From Octopus sinensis (taxonomy: Eukaryota): 64,000 nucleotides of DNA. The notes below the pieces were generated by a model. The model was not told where the DNA came from, did not search any database, and was given only the letters and a program-made list of their open reading frames with translations. This document shows positions 14,200-27,876 of the stretch, in pieces. Numbering within the stretch: the first letter of the stretch is position 1; the number at the start of each line of letters is the position of its first letter. Made by a program: the position numbers and the translations under genes. The stretch spans positions 53,320,001 to 53,384,000 of the forward strand of contig NC_043013.1 in NCBI RefSeq assembly GCF_006345805.1, in the 5' to 3' direction.

Positions 14200-15468
14200 A
14201 TGGCCAATAATTTTCAAAAACGCCGCTGGGTTGAAAATGAAATTACTGCAATGATTAACGCTTGGTTCATCCATCACAACGAAGCTAATGTTTACAGTAA
14301 AATAACTGAGGATTTAACGAAAAAATCCTTTCACAGATCTGTAAAACAGATAGAAAATAAAATAAAAGAAATTATTAGGATATTTCCTATTTTTCACGCG
14401 CACATGGCTACACTAAAAGCCATTCTTGCCAACGAATCCAGTACAACAAATGACCAAATCCCAACAGGTCAGGGGTCACTTCAACAGCAACAATCAACTG
14501 ACCTACTTCCATTGACAACAGCACCTGATGAACCAAGTCAAGTTTCACCTTCGCTACAGCAACAAAAACAACAACAACAACAACACTCTAATACTACCAC
14601 TAGTCAAGTTCCAATGCTGCTACAACAAAAACAACTCTCCACTACTGCCACAATAGGAAAATCACTACTACATCCGCGTAAAACTATCTGCCATTACTAC
14701 TCTCAAGGCAGCTGCAGATTTGACCACATTCTGGCAAGCCAGAACCCACCATCACAAAATCAACAAGCTGCTTCTAACACTACTGCTACTACTACCAAAA
14801 TAGAAAAACCACTACTACAACCAAATAAAACCCCCTGCCGTTACTATTATAAAGGCAATTGTAGATTTGGCCCCAGCGGCACAAACAACAATGGACGCTG
14901 TGCTTTTCCCCATCCGACCTTTTGTCGTAGACTTGTTATGGGCACCTGTCCATACGGTATAACAGGGAAATATTGCCCCCACCTCCACCCCAAATACTGT
15001 CCTAAATACAGAATCTATGGTTCTGATCCTAAATACGGATGCATAGAAGGCAATGGATGCACCTTATTCCATCCTAAACTGTGCCAAACTTCTGTCTCAC
15101 AAAGGATGTGCCTGAACCCAGAATGCAACCACCACCATCTGAAGGGCACAAAACGATCACAGAATAAATATAAACAGGAACAGAGGAAATCTAGGACAAC
15201 AACAAGAACAAAATACAACCACGTTTCCCCTCCTACAATCAAACAACGTAGACAGAACCATGAAAAAACACCAAACAACGCCAACATGAAATATTTATCC
15301 TCTGACCAAGTGGCAAACCAAACAAGAAACTCTTTTTTACTGACATACCTGGAAAATATGAAGGCCGACCTAAGCCAGGAGATCCAGCGAGCTATCACCA
15401 ACCATCTATGCAAATCACAAGGACCACTCACCCATTACCAACTTCCCTTACCTCGACATTCCTGTTAA
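14200..15468 (+). CDS. LINE ORF1: Myb/SANT-like N-terminus, Q/T-rich linker, tandem CCCH-type zinc fingers
   Basis: ATG at 14200, open for 422 codons. RRWVENEITAMINAW...VYSKITEDL...RSVKQIENKIKEI. Cys/His repeats CRYYYKGNCRFG...CAFPHP, CPHLHP, CTLFHP, CNHHHLKG. Confidence 0.85.
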   Translation: MANNFQKRRWVENEITAMINAWFIHHNEANVYSKITEDLTKKSFHRSVKQIENKIKEIIRIFPIFHAHMATLKAILANESSTTNDQIPTGQGSLQQQQSTDLLPLTTAPDEPSQVSPSLQQQKQQQQQHSNTTTSQVPMLLQQKQLSTTATIGKSLLHPRKTICHYYSQGSCRFDHILASQNPPSQNQQAASNTTATTTKIEKPLLQPNKTPCRYYYKGNCRFGPSGTNNNGRCAFPHPTFCRRLVMGTCPYGITGKYCPHLHPKYCPKYRIYGSDPKYGCIEGNGCTLFHPKLCQTSVSQRMCLNPECNHHHLKGTKRSQNKYKQEQRKSRTTTRTKYNHVSPPTIKQRRQNHEKTPNNANMKYLSSDQVANQTRNSFLLTYLENMKADLSQEIQRAITNHLCKSQGPLTHYQLPLPRHSC

Positions 15469-18416
15469 ATGTACGTGGCATCAACCCATCAATTATTGCC
15501 CAAAAATGGAAGATCCCATATATAGAGTGTTGGCTTGCCGAAATGGCACATTGCTTCCCTTTCTTTATCCTTACCGAGACTCACCTGAACAACACCCATA
15601 TGGACGCAGAGGTGAAAATAAAAGATTTCACCATTGTTCGTGCGGATCGCACAGACCGAAATAAGGGAGGGACAGCCATCTTTATCCAAGACTCCTTTTC
15701 ACTTGATGCCAAGGACATATTTTCCAATGGCTACTGTGAATCGGTATCACTATACAACAAAGCCAAGGACATAACCATTGTTGGTCTTTACAGGCCTCCC
15801 CAGGCACCTCTAAAGTACTTTGAAGAGTGCCTTAGCAAAGTCAAGTCCTTCCTTCGGAAGTACCCCTCCGGAAACATACTGGTGATGGGTGATTTTAACT
15901 TCCCTCATGTGAACTGGCCCACAAATACTCTGAAGTTAGGCAAGTGCTCTACATCAGATAGAGCAGCAGCAGAACTGCTCTTTAATCTGATGGATGAGTA
16001 TTTCCTGACTCAGCTAGTGCTTGAACCAACGAGACAGAATCAAACGATCTTGGATCTGGTATTGGCTAATCACTCTAGCTACGTTCACAGCATTTCACTC
16101 GAAAAAACTCTCCTCTCAGACCACGACATGGTACTCTGCAATCTTAATTCCCGACATATAAAAACCAAACCAGCCAATCCCACTCCATGGCACCCACTTG
16201 ACAACATAAACTTCCACAAAGCGGACTGGGGAACAATCAGAAAGGATCTGTCTTCCATTGACTGGTCTTTTACTCTCAATTCCCCACATATTGAGACCAC
16301 GTGGCATCACTTTGAAAACATTGTCACCTATGCATGCTCTAAACACGCTCCCAAGAAATCTACTAACACAAACAGAAACCGGCTCCCTAAAAAGAAAAAA
16401 ACACTCATCAGGTGCATCAAAAGACTCAACAAAAAAATCAACCAATTAAAATATCTCGACACACAACATCCACATTCAACAACAATGAAAAGACTAGAGC
16501 TGGAAAAACTTCATCTGCAGACTAACATGAAAACCTCCATTGAAAATCAAAGAGCTGTGAAGGAACAATGGGTAATCAAAAACATCAAACAGAACCCAAA
16601 AGTGTTCTATTCTTATGCAAATAAGCATAGAACCACTGTCTCACCCATTGGGCCATTGATTGATGATAACGGCATTCCCCAACACGATGCTAAAGAAATG
16701 GCAGAAATACTGCAGAAACAATACTGCTCTGTCTTCAGTGTTCCCACTGATATTGACGTGAGGGAAACGAACGAAATTGACTCCCAACACAAAATCTCAG
16801 ACATAACCTTCACTGCCACCGACATCGTAGCAGCAATAAATGAGGTCAAACATTACTCTGCTGTAGGCCCTGATAGATTTCCCGCTAGTCTCCTGAAGGA
16901 ATGTAGATATCAACTTGCAGTCCCTCTGACCAACCTCTGGAGAAATTCGTTAGACGCAGGTTATATACCGAAACAATTTCTATCCCAGTCGGTCATCCCG
17001 GTTTTCAAACAGGGAAACAGATCCCTCGCAGTCAACTATCGCCCAATCTCACTCACCTCCCACATCATTAAAGTGTTTGAAAGAGTGTTAAGATCAAGGA
17101 TAGCTGACGTCCTGGAGACCGACAAACTCCTAAATTCAAATCAGCATGGCTTTCGCTGTGGCAGGGACTGTCTAACACAGCTCTTACACCACATTGAAGA
17201 TGTACTCAAAGCCTTGGGAACAGGTTCGAACTCTGACGTCATATATCTTGACTTCAGTAAAGCGTTCGACAGGGTAGACCATAATATCCTACTCTCAAAA
17301 TTGGCAAATGTTGGAATCCGTGGAAAAGTTCTACACTGGATTAAGTATTTCCTGGCGAATAGAACACAACATGTTGTAGTTGATGGAGTCCACTCAAACC
17401 CAGCAAAAGTCACCAGCGGTGTTCCCCAGGGAACTGTTTTGGGTCCGCTACTCTTCATAATTTACGTAAACGACCTTTCCAGTGTCGTACATTACTGCAA
17501 AGTGAAAATATTCGCTGATGACACTAAGCTCCAGCAAATCGTCAATGAAGAAGCAGACCGAACTCAACTCCAGTCTGATCTATATGCTGTGAGTCAATGG
17601 GCAGACAGAAACAAAATGCAACTGAATGAGGGAAAATTTGAGCTGATGCATTTTTGAAGAAATTCCTCACTAAAACAACCATACTCTCTTCCTTCAGGGG
17701 AACCGCTCACAGCGTCTAACAATATCAGAGACCTGGGTGTAATTGTTGATGACGATCTCAGTTGGAGTGCACACATCAACAAGAAGGTCGATATAGCTCG
17801 TAGGATGAGTTCCTGGATCTTAAGGACTTTCCGGTCCAGAGAACAAGGTGTCATCATACCACTTTTTTCCTCCTTTGTACGGCCACACCTTGAATACTGC
17901 TGCCCACTGTGGTCTCCTCACACAAGACAAAACATCTCCAGAATTGAGTCACCCCTGAGGGCTCTCACTAAACAAATTGAAGGCATGGCTGCTCTCGATT
18001 ATTGGGATCGCCTTAAAGCCTTGACACTTTACTCCTTCCAGCGTCGCCGTGAGCGGTACATCATTTGTACGATGTGGAAAATATACCGCCAACTTTGCCC
18101 AAACGACCTAAACATTAGCTTCAAGGTTCATCCAAGACTTGGACCACGGGCTATACGTCCCCTACCAAATTCAAGATCACAACATACATGTACACTGCAA
18201 CATAATTTCTTTTCCTCAACAGGCCCTGCCCTATTTAACATTGTCCCGAGGGAGATCAAAGAGGAAAAGGATCCCATCAACTTTAAACAGAGTCTGGATA
18301 GATTTCTTCAAAGAATACCAGATAAGCCACCCATAATTGGATACAACTCACCCAACAAGAACTCACTACTTGAACAAAACTGGATACAACTCACCCAACA
18401 AGAACTCACTACATGA
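15408..18416 (+). pseudogene. LINE ORF2 (AP endonuclease and reverse transcriptase) with one in-frame TGA at 17655-17657
   Basis: LNVRG, LTETHL, GLYRPP, MGDFNFP, LDLVL, SDHD (APE); NYRPISLTS, YLDFSKAFD, GVPQGTVLGP, FADD (RT). The frame continues after the stop (RNSS...IRDLGV) into ORF 17805-18416. Confidence 0.93.
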
Positions 18417-18961
18417 ACAAAACTTGACTTAAACAGGATTCGAATAATCCTTAGACATGGCCTGGACCAATCTTTGGTCGAAACATATCTAAGTTTATCT
18501 AAGTTTATATAATTTTTAATCCAATCACTATATTTTAATTGAATGTGGTTAATTATGATATTCAAAACTTTGGAAATAATTAGATGCTGTCTTTTTATAT
18601 GAGTGAATTCAGGGAGCTCTACGTGATCAGTTGGCTTTGCTAAATATAGCAGTCAAATCTCCCTCAATTCAAAGCGTACTGACATAGAAAAATGGAGGAC
18701 GGACATACTGTGCAGTGTTTTCTAGTCATATTGTGTCCGAATAATGAACTTGTGGTCACGGATGGACTGAATAAAAGACAAAAAATATTTTCCTATCCGC
18801 TCATCAAACGCAGAGATGCCATGATATTGATGCCTTTCTCGTGGCCATTCCCTGCATAAATAAAGTCAACTCTCCTTAATGAAGAAGCGAAACCCTTTCG
18901 CAAACTTCACTCTCCCTAACCCCTTCATCCACTTCTACGCTCCTCATCTCTTTAATTATCC

Positions 18962-19181
<220 letters not shown>

Positions 19182-20237
19182 TCATCGCTGTTGTTACAGA
19201 GATTTGTTTTCTTCGGGTTTCTTTCCCCTTCTTATGTTATTCTATCTTTTTATTTGTTTTTGTTTTTGTTGTTCTTGTATATATTTATTCCTTTTTTTAA
19301 TTTGGTTATTTCTCTTTGGTGTTTGAATTTCCTGTTTCATGTTTCCTTAACATTGTTGTTTTATTCCTCAGGGTAAATTCTTTGAGTTTTTCCAGGATAT
19401 TATCTTAAATATCAAATAAGCGATGTGTTAAGTTGTAATTCTTAAGAAGTCTAATCGATAATACCATCAAATAGATTGACATTTTCAGTATTACTCCGAA
19501 TTATTTTGTCTATCAGTAGTTACATCGTGCGCTTCTTCTAATTCGTTCGTTCTCGCAGTAATAGCGCTGATTACGCATAGTACTTTCCTTCTTTAAGATA
19601 TTATGACGAAACGCAGAACACGACGGAATAGTGAAGCTAATAAGACGAGTGACTGAATTTTTATTCTTCTGAACACACACTTTATGGAAAGAAACTACGG
19701 CTTTGTCTAAGGAACAAAACGCAGTTAGAGTTTAACATTCTGCAGATTAATTATTCGTGCGTTGATTAATAATGAGGCGTTTAACAAAAGCGGATCGTAA
19801 GTCACTCTGTTTAGGGATTTTAATCCTGTACTTAGGAGAAAAAAGATGCAGGTGCAATGGCATTGACAAAATAAAGAATAATATCATGACGTAGTTGTTT
19901 CAATGATTCAAAGGTCCTATAATCCAAGGGAAATTTTGGGCAATTTCGTGGCTATCGTAATTGTGTTAGTTGCATGTAAGATAGGCGCGAGTGAGTCACC
20001 TGACGCAATGAATCGTTTAAATATCACTGTGATGTTCTTACAAGAAACTTCTTTACTAGAAATAGCAACTAAATCTCCATAACAACAGGCAACAGAAGTC
20101 TTCAACAGGATTAAATACTATAGATAATGTAGTATCTACCCTTACCTAAGATATAAATATGGCGAGGGTCAAGGGTGGAACGATTGGATGAGTGTATAAG
20201 GGAAGAAAACAACCGTGTATAATATCAATGGTTTATA

Positions 20238-20410
20238 TATCTAGTATATATAAATCGCAGTATATGTATAACGACTAACGCATACATTTCCACAATTCTC
20301 AACCGATTTTCACCAAACTTTACGCACGCATTACCTATGTAGCAAGGATGGTCGTGCACTATAACAAGTTGTCCAGAGCTCCCACGTAAATGGTCGTAAA
20401 TGGACATAGT
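20238..20410 (+). mobile_element. Possible non-autonomous Helitron 5' region
   Basis: tctagtatatataaa...tgtat...aaccgattttcaccaaactt resembles 5' ends of invertebrate non-autonomous Helitrons. No 3' end found. Confidence 0.35.
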
Positions 20411-20669
20411 TTTTTTTTGTATGTAGGATTTCCATACTTTTTAAGACCTTTTTATAGGAGTGAATGATTTTGTTTATTTATTTCCGCTGTCCACCTGCGA
20501 CGGTGATTCCCTTGACTAGGCACACTGTAGACGATGGATATCCAATATTATTATTATTATTGGTTCAGATAGAATTGCTGAACAAAACAATATTAATCTA
20601 AGCTAGCTGAAACTGCGATTCGGTTTCGATTCTCGTTCTTGCTGTACTATTTCACTCATATGCGTACAC

Positions 20670-20874
20670 CTATTTCTTTACTACCCACAGGGGGCTAAAC
20701 AGAGAGGGGACAAACAAGGACAGACAAACGGATTAAGTTAATTACATTGACTCCAGTGCGTAACTGGTACTTAATTTATTGACCCTGAAAGGATGAAAGG
20801 CAAAGTCGAACTCAGAACGTAACGGCAGACAAAATACGGCTACGCATTTCGCCTGGCGTGCTAACGATTCTGCC
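20670..20874 (-). mobile_element. Meta-domain tRNA SINE
   Basis: Matches the 45.5-46.6 kb copies (ctacccacagggggctaaac...aaggatgaaaggcaaagtcga...gctaacgattctgcca). Confidence 0.75.
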
Positions 20875-21419
20875 ACGTAGACCAACAAAAGAACTCCTAC
20901 GCAGACGCTCGAATTGTTATACCTAACATCTAAATGTCCCTCAAATCACATCCTGCTGTTTTATATGAGGACACGCCATATCAGATAATGCAGTCTTACA
21001 TAATCCAATAGAGTGGGATTGTCCTGGTTGGAAAGCCTCAGTCACATGTTGCTCGGTACCAGTTAATCGAGGGCTAAACCAAACAACATTTTGATATTAA
21101 TATTACTGAAAGATCATGAACATCCAGATATTCTCATTTATTCTCTTTTAGAAATCCAGATTTCGATTTCAGTTGAAAGTTTTCAGTTTATTATGATCCA
21201 TAATCCAACGTTACTTTGGAACAACCATTCCATTGTCTAGGAGCAGAAATCTTCAGTTGGAAGTCTTGTACATTATGTCATAAGGACACGAATTGACGAA
21301 GCAAGGCAGCAAACGAGGAGAACTTATAGGTGGTCACTGTATCTGCTAAAAATCAGTCATACCTACAATAAATTGTATTCCACCATTTTATTTAAGTACT
21401 GATACTGTGAATTGTATTT

Positions 21420-21620
21420 TCAAATTTTGACACAAGGTTGGAGGTAGAGGGTAAGTCAATTACACCGACCCCAGTTCAGCACTTGTACTTATTATATTGA
21501 CGTGGAAAGGATGAACGGGAAAGTCGATTCCGGCGGCATTTGAACTCAGAATGTAAACAAGTGCGGCTATGCATTTTTATTTTATTTTTGGTGCGCTAAC
21601 GATTCTGTCAGCTCGACACC
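21420..21620 (-). mobile_element. Meta-domain tRNA SINE (diverged)
   Basis: ccgaccccagt...aaggatgaa...aagtcga..cggcgg.atttgaactcagaa...gctaacgattctg.cagctcg. Confidence 0.65.
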
Positions 21621-21722
21621 TTCATATTGTGACTAATAAGACGAGGTGGCCAAAACTAGAACCACGATATGGTTACTTGATTAAGAGAGTCCCTGGGCGA
21701 AACAACAATGACATATGCCCGT

Positions 21723-22140
<418 letters not shown>

Positions 22141-22511
22141 ACAATGACAACGATTAGACTTAAGGTGGAGGTACATGATTAATGAGAAAAGTCTTTATAT
22201 ATGTATGCCTGTGTTTGTGTGTGTATGTATGTGTGTGTATGTATATATGTATATAAATGCGTATGCGCGCGGGAGGCCGTGTGTGTGTGGCTGTGTGTGT
22301 GTGTGTGTGTGTGAGTGCGTCCATACAAGAAGTAAAATATTCATTGGGAAGATAGCAAAATCAGTCGCTTCGTATGCAGAGCTGCTTGTAACAAAGACAA
22401 ATAATATATGAACAAAAAAAAAGATAAAAACGTAGAAAGCAAAATTTATACAACTTACAAAATACAAAAAAAATACACCGGCTGAAGTCTCTAAGCACAG
22501 ACGCATACACA

Positions 22512-22550
<39 letters not shown>

Positions 22551-23268
22551 ACAGAGATATATAAATAAACATGCACGTATATACACACTGATGTAATACA
22601 GCAAAAATGGCGACCCATAATTTTTCGATCGCAATTGTTGGAAATATACGTCGTTAACGATTGATCAGGTCAGAGCTAAAGTTGGGAAGAGAAGCACAAA
22701 ATTGTAGAACGTTTAATGATAGACATATCTATTGTTCCATGATCAATGTTAATATCAAGATTGAACGAATGTTCCTAGAAGCAAGAATATAAAATAAAAT
22801 AAAAAGATAATGCAACGCAACTCTCTCTCTCTCTGCTGAAATCTAAGACTTTTTCTGAAGAAGTTCAAGTTCAAAGAGGATGGGATTAACGCTAATCTCT
22901 TCGATTCCATTAAATTTTCGGGTCATATTACACATCTTTTTTCGATTTGCTGAAATCTAACATCGAAGAGAGATTATTTCTTCAATAGATATTAGAAAAT
23001 AATGATAAAGCGCTCTTTTTCATGTTTAACTCGCCCCAGTTCTACTTCCTTTTCATTCGATTCTACCTCACTCACTCTCTCACGCACACGCATATAAATA
23101 TATAAATGTATGTGTGTATATCTTTATGCGTGTGTACATCTATTCTGAGGCATATATATATATGTATGTATGTATATAAATGTGTATATATGTACATATA
23201 TTTATATATATAAATGTGTAATATATGTATATATATATATATATATGTCTGCGTGTGTGTGTGTGTGT

Positions 23269-23543
23269 GGAGGCGCAATGGCCCAATGGTTAGGGCAGCG
23301 GACTCGCGGTCGTAGGATCGCGGTTTCGATTCCCAAACCGGGCGTTGTGAGTGTTTATTGAGCGAAAGCACCTAAAAGCTCCACGAGGCTCCGGCAGGGG
23401 GTGGTGATCCCTGCCGTACTCTTTCACCACTGTTGGCCTGCTCGCTTAGCCAGCGGGGTGGCGTCATTCGAAGGCTAAAACAATGCGAACGCATTGTGAC
23501 CAGCGATGTGTAACTACATCTGATGGACTGGTCGGTCACGTGA
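23269..23543 (+). mobile_element. tRNA-derived SINE
   Basis: ggaggcgcaatggcccaatggttagggcagcggactcgcggtc...ggtttcgattccc (A and B boxes). The same head occurs at 45.8 kb and 55.0 kb. Confidence 0.8.
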
Positions 23544-23998
23544 TATATATATATATATATATGTATATGTATGTATGTATATAAATGTATATATATATAT
23601 ATATATGTGTGTGCGTGTGTGAGTATAAATGTGCATATATATATATATATACGAATATATATATAGATACGCATATGTGTGTTCGCCTGCGTGCGTGTAG
23701 TGTGTCTCTGTGTGTGTGGGTGTATATGGTTGTATACATGATCAGTGCTTCCCCCTGGTGATTCCCAGTAGAAGAAATCACGTGATATGACACTTTCGGC
23801 AAATAACAGCTGATTCTTGCCTGCCACGATGTATGTGGGTGCTTTTATGCTCCTAGCGCCTATATGAGAGGATCTCTGAAAGGTAGTAATGCCGCATTTG
23901 GTGATCTAACAGGACACCGATGTAAGCGTGTGTGTGTGTGCGTATATATGCAAATATATATGCGTGTATGTGTCTATGTGTGTCTGTGATTGTATATA

Positions 23999-24045
<47 letters not shown>

Positions 24046-24179
24046 GTGTGTGTGTGTGTGTGTGTGTATACGTACATAGATAGGTACATACATACATACC
24101 GTAAAAGATGAGCAAACGTGAGCAGAAGACTATGCATGTTAGTAGAAAACTCCAAGATGATAGTGACATTGATCATCAA

Positions 24180-24690
24180 AACAGTCTGCCATGCTGTCGC
24201 TTGGACAGTCTATAATGAAATCCGTTAGAAGGAAACCCCCCAGGACAAAGAAATAAGAACCCACAGTGTGGTAGAAGTCATAGCCACTCATAATAAAAAG
24301 GAGGACTGGTTGAATGTTCCAGTGAAAACAACAGTAAAATGTACGTACAACAGACCTGATATAATGATTTGGGATAGAGTATACAAATTGTGTACAGTTG
24401 AGGAAATTAGCTGCCCAGCGGATGGTAACATAAAGCTGAAGATCAGTGAAAATGAAAACAACTAGGCTGAACTATTAAGAAATATGTAGTTACTATATCC
24501 AGATTACAAGTTCAGCTTTATATCTGAAATTATTGGAGCACTGGGATATGTAATATATTGCCTTTATACCAGTCATGAGAAATTAGGCTTCACAAAACCA
24601 GAAAGGAGGAAGCTGATTCGAAGACTACCGTTCCAATCTATCACTTGAACTGTAAAAATCCGTAAAACTTTTCAGAAGTTTATTATTTAA
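24180..24690 (+). pseudogene. RLE endonuclease fragment of an R2/R4-group non-LTR element
   Basis: WLNVPVKT...YNRPDIMIWDR...EISCPAD; downstream IIGALG and TVKI.KTF with stops. Confidence 0.7.
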
Positions 24691-24957
24691 ATATATATGA
24701 GCCTTTCTAGGTATGCAACTATATGCATGAGAATACATACATAAAACATAGAAATCTGCACATACATACATACATACATACATACATACATACATACATA
24801 CATACATACATACATACGTACGTACGTACAAACAAACGTATTCTGTTGTTGATGTTAAAATTCCAATGAAGAAAGCTTGGATTTAGGTTAGAAGTCGGTT
24901 CTTTCTCTATTGGCAAGAAATCTTGGAATAAACTGAATAATGATATACATACATACA

Positions 24958-25713
24958 TGATGGCTGCCCCCTCGTTATCGAGTATGGCCATTGCACGAAG
25001 CTTAGCTATTATTGGTGCTGTAATCGAATGTGACTTTTTAGCCCAGCTAAAGATCTACAATGTCTTGTACAGAATTGGCAGCTGAAACCATTACCAGTAA
25101 TAGCCGGCTGTAGTTGTAGCTGGGTTTCATGTACCTTTGCATGTCGTTTAAGTCCTCCTGCCGAATTACACTCTCTTCCACAAGCCTGACAGATATTATT
25201 AGAATGGTGTGTAACACCACCACCAGTGGCCAAGCTGTCACTCATCTGTCTCGCTTTATGACTACGAAGATGTCTATTGAGTCCAGCTTTACTGAGGCAG
25301 GGTCTTGCAAAGACACTGCATGTCTGCACCATAGGAAGACCCTTCCAATCTGGAAGTGTAACAGCGATGCCCTTCCTGACATCCCTCATTACTTTCTCAT
25401 GTGCAACTCGAGATTTCTCAAAAGTAGCTGTCCCCTCGTGCACAATCCTTCTCCACTTGCTGCGATCAATAGCTAAGCCCTCCCGTGTATCAGGAGAGAT
25501 GCAAGCATCTCTTAAGGAAGCCTTCAGCAAGTCCTTATTCCTCTTTTTTGGTTTATGTGGAGGTCGTTCTCCTTTAGCTAACTCTCCATAAATGAGTTGT
25601 TTTGGCATCCTTGAATCCTTCATCCTGACCAGATGACCACTCCATCTGAGCCTTTGCTTTAACGCAAGAGCTTCTATACTTTCGCACCGAGAGCCTTCCA
25701 ATATTTCAAGATC
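24958..25713 (-). mobile_element. 5'-truncated RTE (BovB-like) LINE 3' end with C2H2 fingers
   Basis: RLRWSGHLVRMKDSRMPKQLIYGEL..G.R...PKKR.KD.LK, then three CxxC..S.xGL..H...H motifs. Short 3' UTR with acatacatacat on both flanks. Confidence 0.85.
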
Positions 25714-25932
25714 ACATACATACATAACTTTAGGTTAGTTAAATATATTTGTAGCTGTGGAGAAAAATTCCTCTCTTATGCTAACGGTATATGACTAATC
25801 AATGAGTGTATGTATGTGTGTATGCATGCATGCATGCATGTATGTGTGTATGTGTGGGTGTATATATGTATATATACATATACCTATATGTGTGTATGTG
25901 TATATATTTATGTATACATATGTATATACCTA

Positions 25933-25963
<31 letters not shown>

Positions 25964-26507
25964 TTTCTTACGTATTGACACCTTATTTGAAATCAATGTC
26001 TCCACCAACTGTTGACAAGATTTTAATATAAAAATAGAAGAGAAAAGCAATATAAGGAGAAATATTTTTCGCGTTTGTAATTATCAGAGCATAAAATACA
26101 CCACCCATCCTCGTTGCTCGCGGCATCATTCAAAGCCGTCGCATTTCCTTCAAATTCACCAATTCTTACGCTAAGCTTCCAATGCAACCTTTCCTCTTCA
26201 TGGCTTTTTTATTTCTCAATTTTTCGTTTTTTTTCATCATTTATCTTGGGAACTAATTATGTACGCTATTTTAGCTACCTTCACTATCTTTCTTTACTGA
26301 AAGTATTGCTGCATTCTGTACTCAGACCCGCTCTTTTTACACGAGTTGTAACTAAGGCGCATTCAGCATTGTATTTCATACAAATATATGCAAACACACC
26401 TATACTTAAGTATGAATACACACACATATATATATAGAAACCTATATGTATATATATATATATATATATAGACATGTATGTATACGTATATGTATGTGTA
26501 TATATAT

Positions 26508-26538
<31 letters not shown>

Positions 26539-26562
26539 GATATATATATATATATGTACACA

Positions 26563-26604
<42 letters not shown>

Positions 26605-26818
26605 TGTGAAATAGAAAGATGAATAATCTTGTAGTAGATTAATCAAAAGTTTAACCGATACCTTAGTAGCAAAAATCACAGCAGTAAACAGCACGGTTGG
26701 AGGTACAACCATCTGGCGTTGCAACCGTGCGTTGGTGCGGATAATTGAAATTAAAACATTATTGGTGAATTGAAGAAATGGAGCTGAACGCAGATTGAAC
26801 AGAAATCGTTTTATTTCA

Positions 26819-26898
26819 TTCTACACGTGTTTCGAAAGGCACAAATTACCAAAATCCGATTGAATAATGGGACCATATTGTGTCTTTCTCTTCAGGAA
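26819..26898 (-). ncRNA. Type I hammerhead ribozyme motif
   Basis: Reverse complement of the motif at 27598-27677. Confidence 0.65.
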
Positions 26899-27597
26899 GA
26901 AAAAAGGAAATCCGTTGGAAAAACAAAAACAGAACAGAGGCGGAGCAAAAACAAAAACAAATCGAACTATGCTCGGCTTTTAAATAGCGTTTATAAATAA
27001 TACCGGCACCCATAGCCCTTGGTAACAAATTCTGAAATAGCCTTTAAGATATCTACGATTAACCACTGCAAGGGGAATTACTCCTGTAAGACAAACGGGG
27101 CTTGGTTTTTTCACAGCGGGGGTTTCCTTGACAAGGCAGGCTTAGATGAACACACACACACATAAAACATAATATATATATATATTTTTTTTTTTTTCTT
27201 TCTGCCACCCAACGGTTATCACGGCAGTAGCCACTGACAGCCGAACGATCAAACGCACACACGTACACAAAAAATGTTTTCTACCCCTACGCCAACACAC
27301 ACATATATAGAACAGTATACACACACACACGTCTCTAAGTAGATTTTTTCTCGCCCCTTATAAAACATCCAATATTCCTTAAATAGTCAGAACTTTATTC
27401 TCGGTCACAAAGAACATCTATACACCCTCACCCACATGATTGACCGATGCCTGACCCGTTGAATTCTTCAGCCACCGGTTCTCAACATACACTGATAAAC
27501 AGTTTCGCCATGGGCTCTTAGGAGCCTAGTTCGATTTGTTTTTGTTTTTGCTCCGCCTCTGTTCTGTTTTTGTTTTTCCAACGGATTTCCTTTTTTC

Positions 27598-27677
27598 TTC
27601 CTGAAGAGAAAGACACAATATGGTCCCATTATTCAATCGGATTTTGGTAATTTGTGCCTTTCGAAACACGTGTAGAA
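27598..27677 (+). ncRNA. Type I hammerhead ribozyme motif with a long stem-loop II
   Basis: ttc-CTGAAGA-gaaagacacaa...ttgtgcctttc-GAAAC-acgt-GTA-gaa. Palindromic stem III loop and a short stem I. Confidence 0.65.
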
Positions 27678-27735
27678 TGAAATAAAACGATTTCTGTTCA
27701 ATCTGCGTTCAGCTCCATTTCTTCAATTCACCAAT

Positions 27736-27774
<39 letters not shown>

Positions 27775-27775
27775 C

Positions 27776-27810
<35 letters not shown>

Positions 27811-27876
27811 GGCCCCGGGTTGATCCGGGGTTAACCACAGTAAGTAAGGTACTCAATACATAGCAGAGTAAAATTA

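Larger units (their letters stand above)
13480..18510 (+). mobile_element. Near full-length CR1-group (CR1/L2-like) LINE
   Basis: ORF1, overlapping ORF2 (APE, RT), short 3' UTR and a (ctaagtttat)2 tail at about 18489-18508. The 5' boundary is uncertain. Confidence 0.85.
26602..27744. mobile_element. (TA)n-flanked element with ~218-bp inverted repeats, each with an HHR (Penelope pLTR-like)
   Basis: 26752-26969 is the reverse complement of 27527-27744. Confidence 0.75.

Noticed and set aside
17655-17657. Programmed readthrough or selenocysteine at the ORF2 TGA
   Set aside because: The position corresponds to a Gly in the typical MHFG motif, so a single G-to-T change or a sequencing error is simpler.
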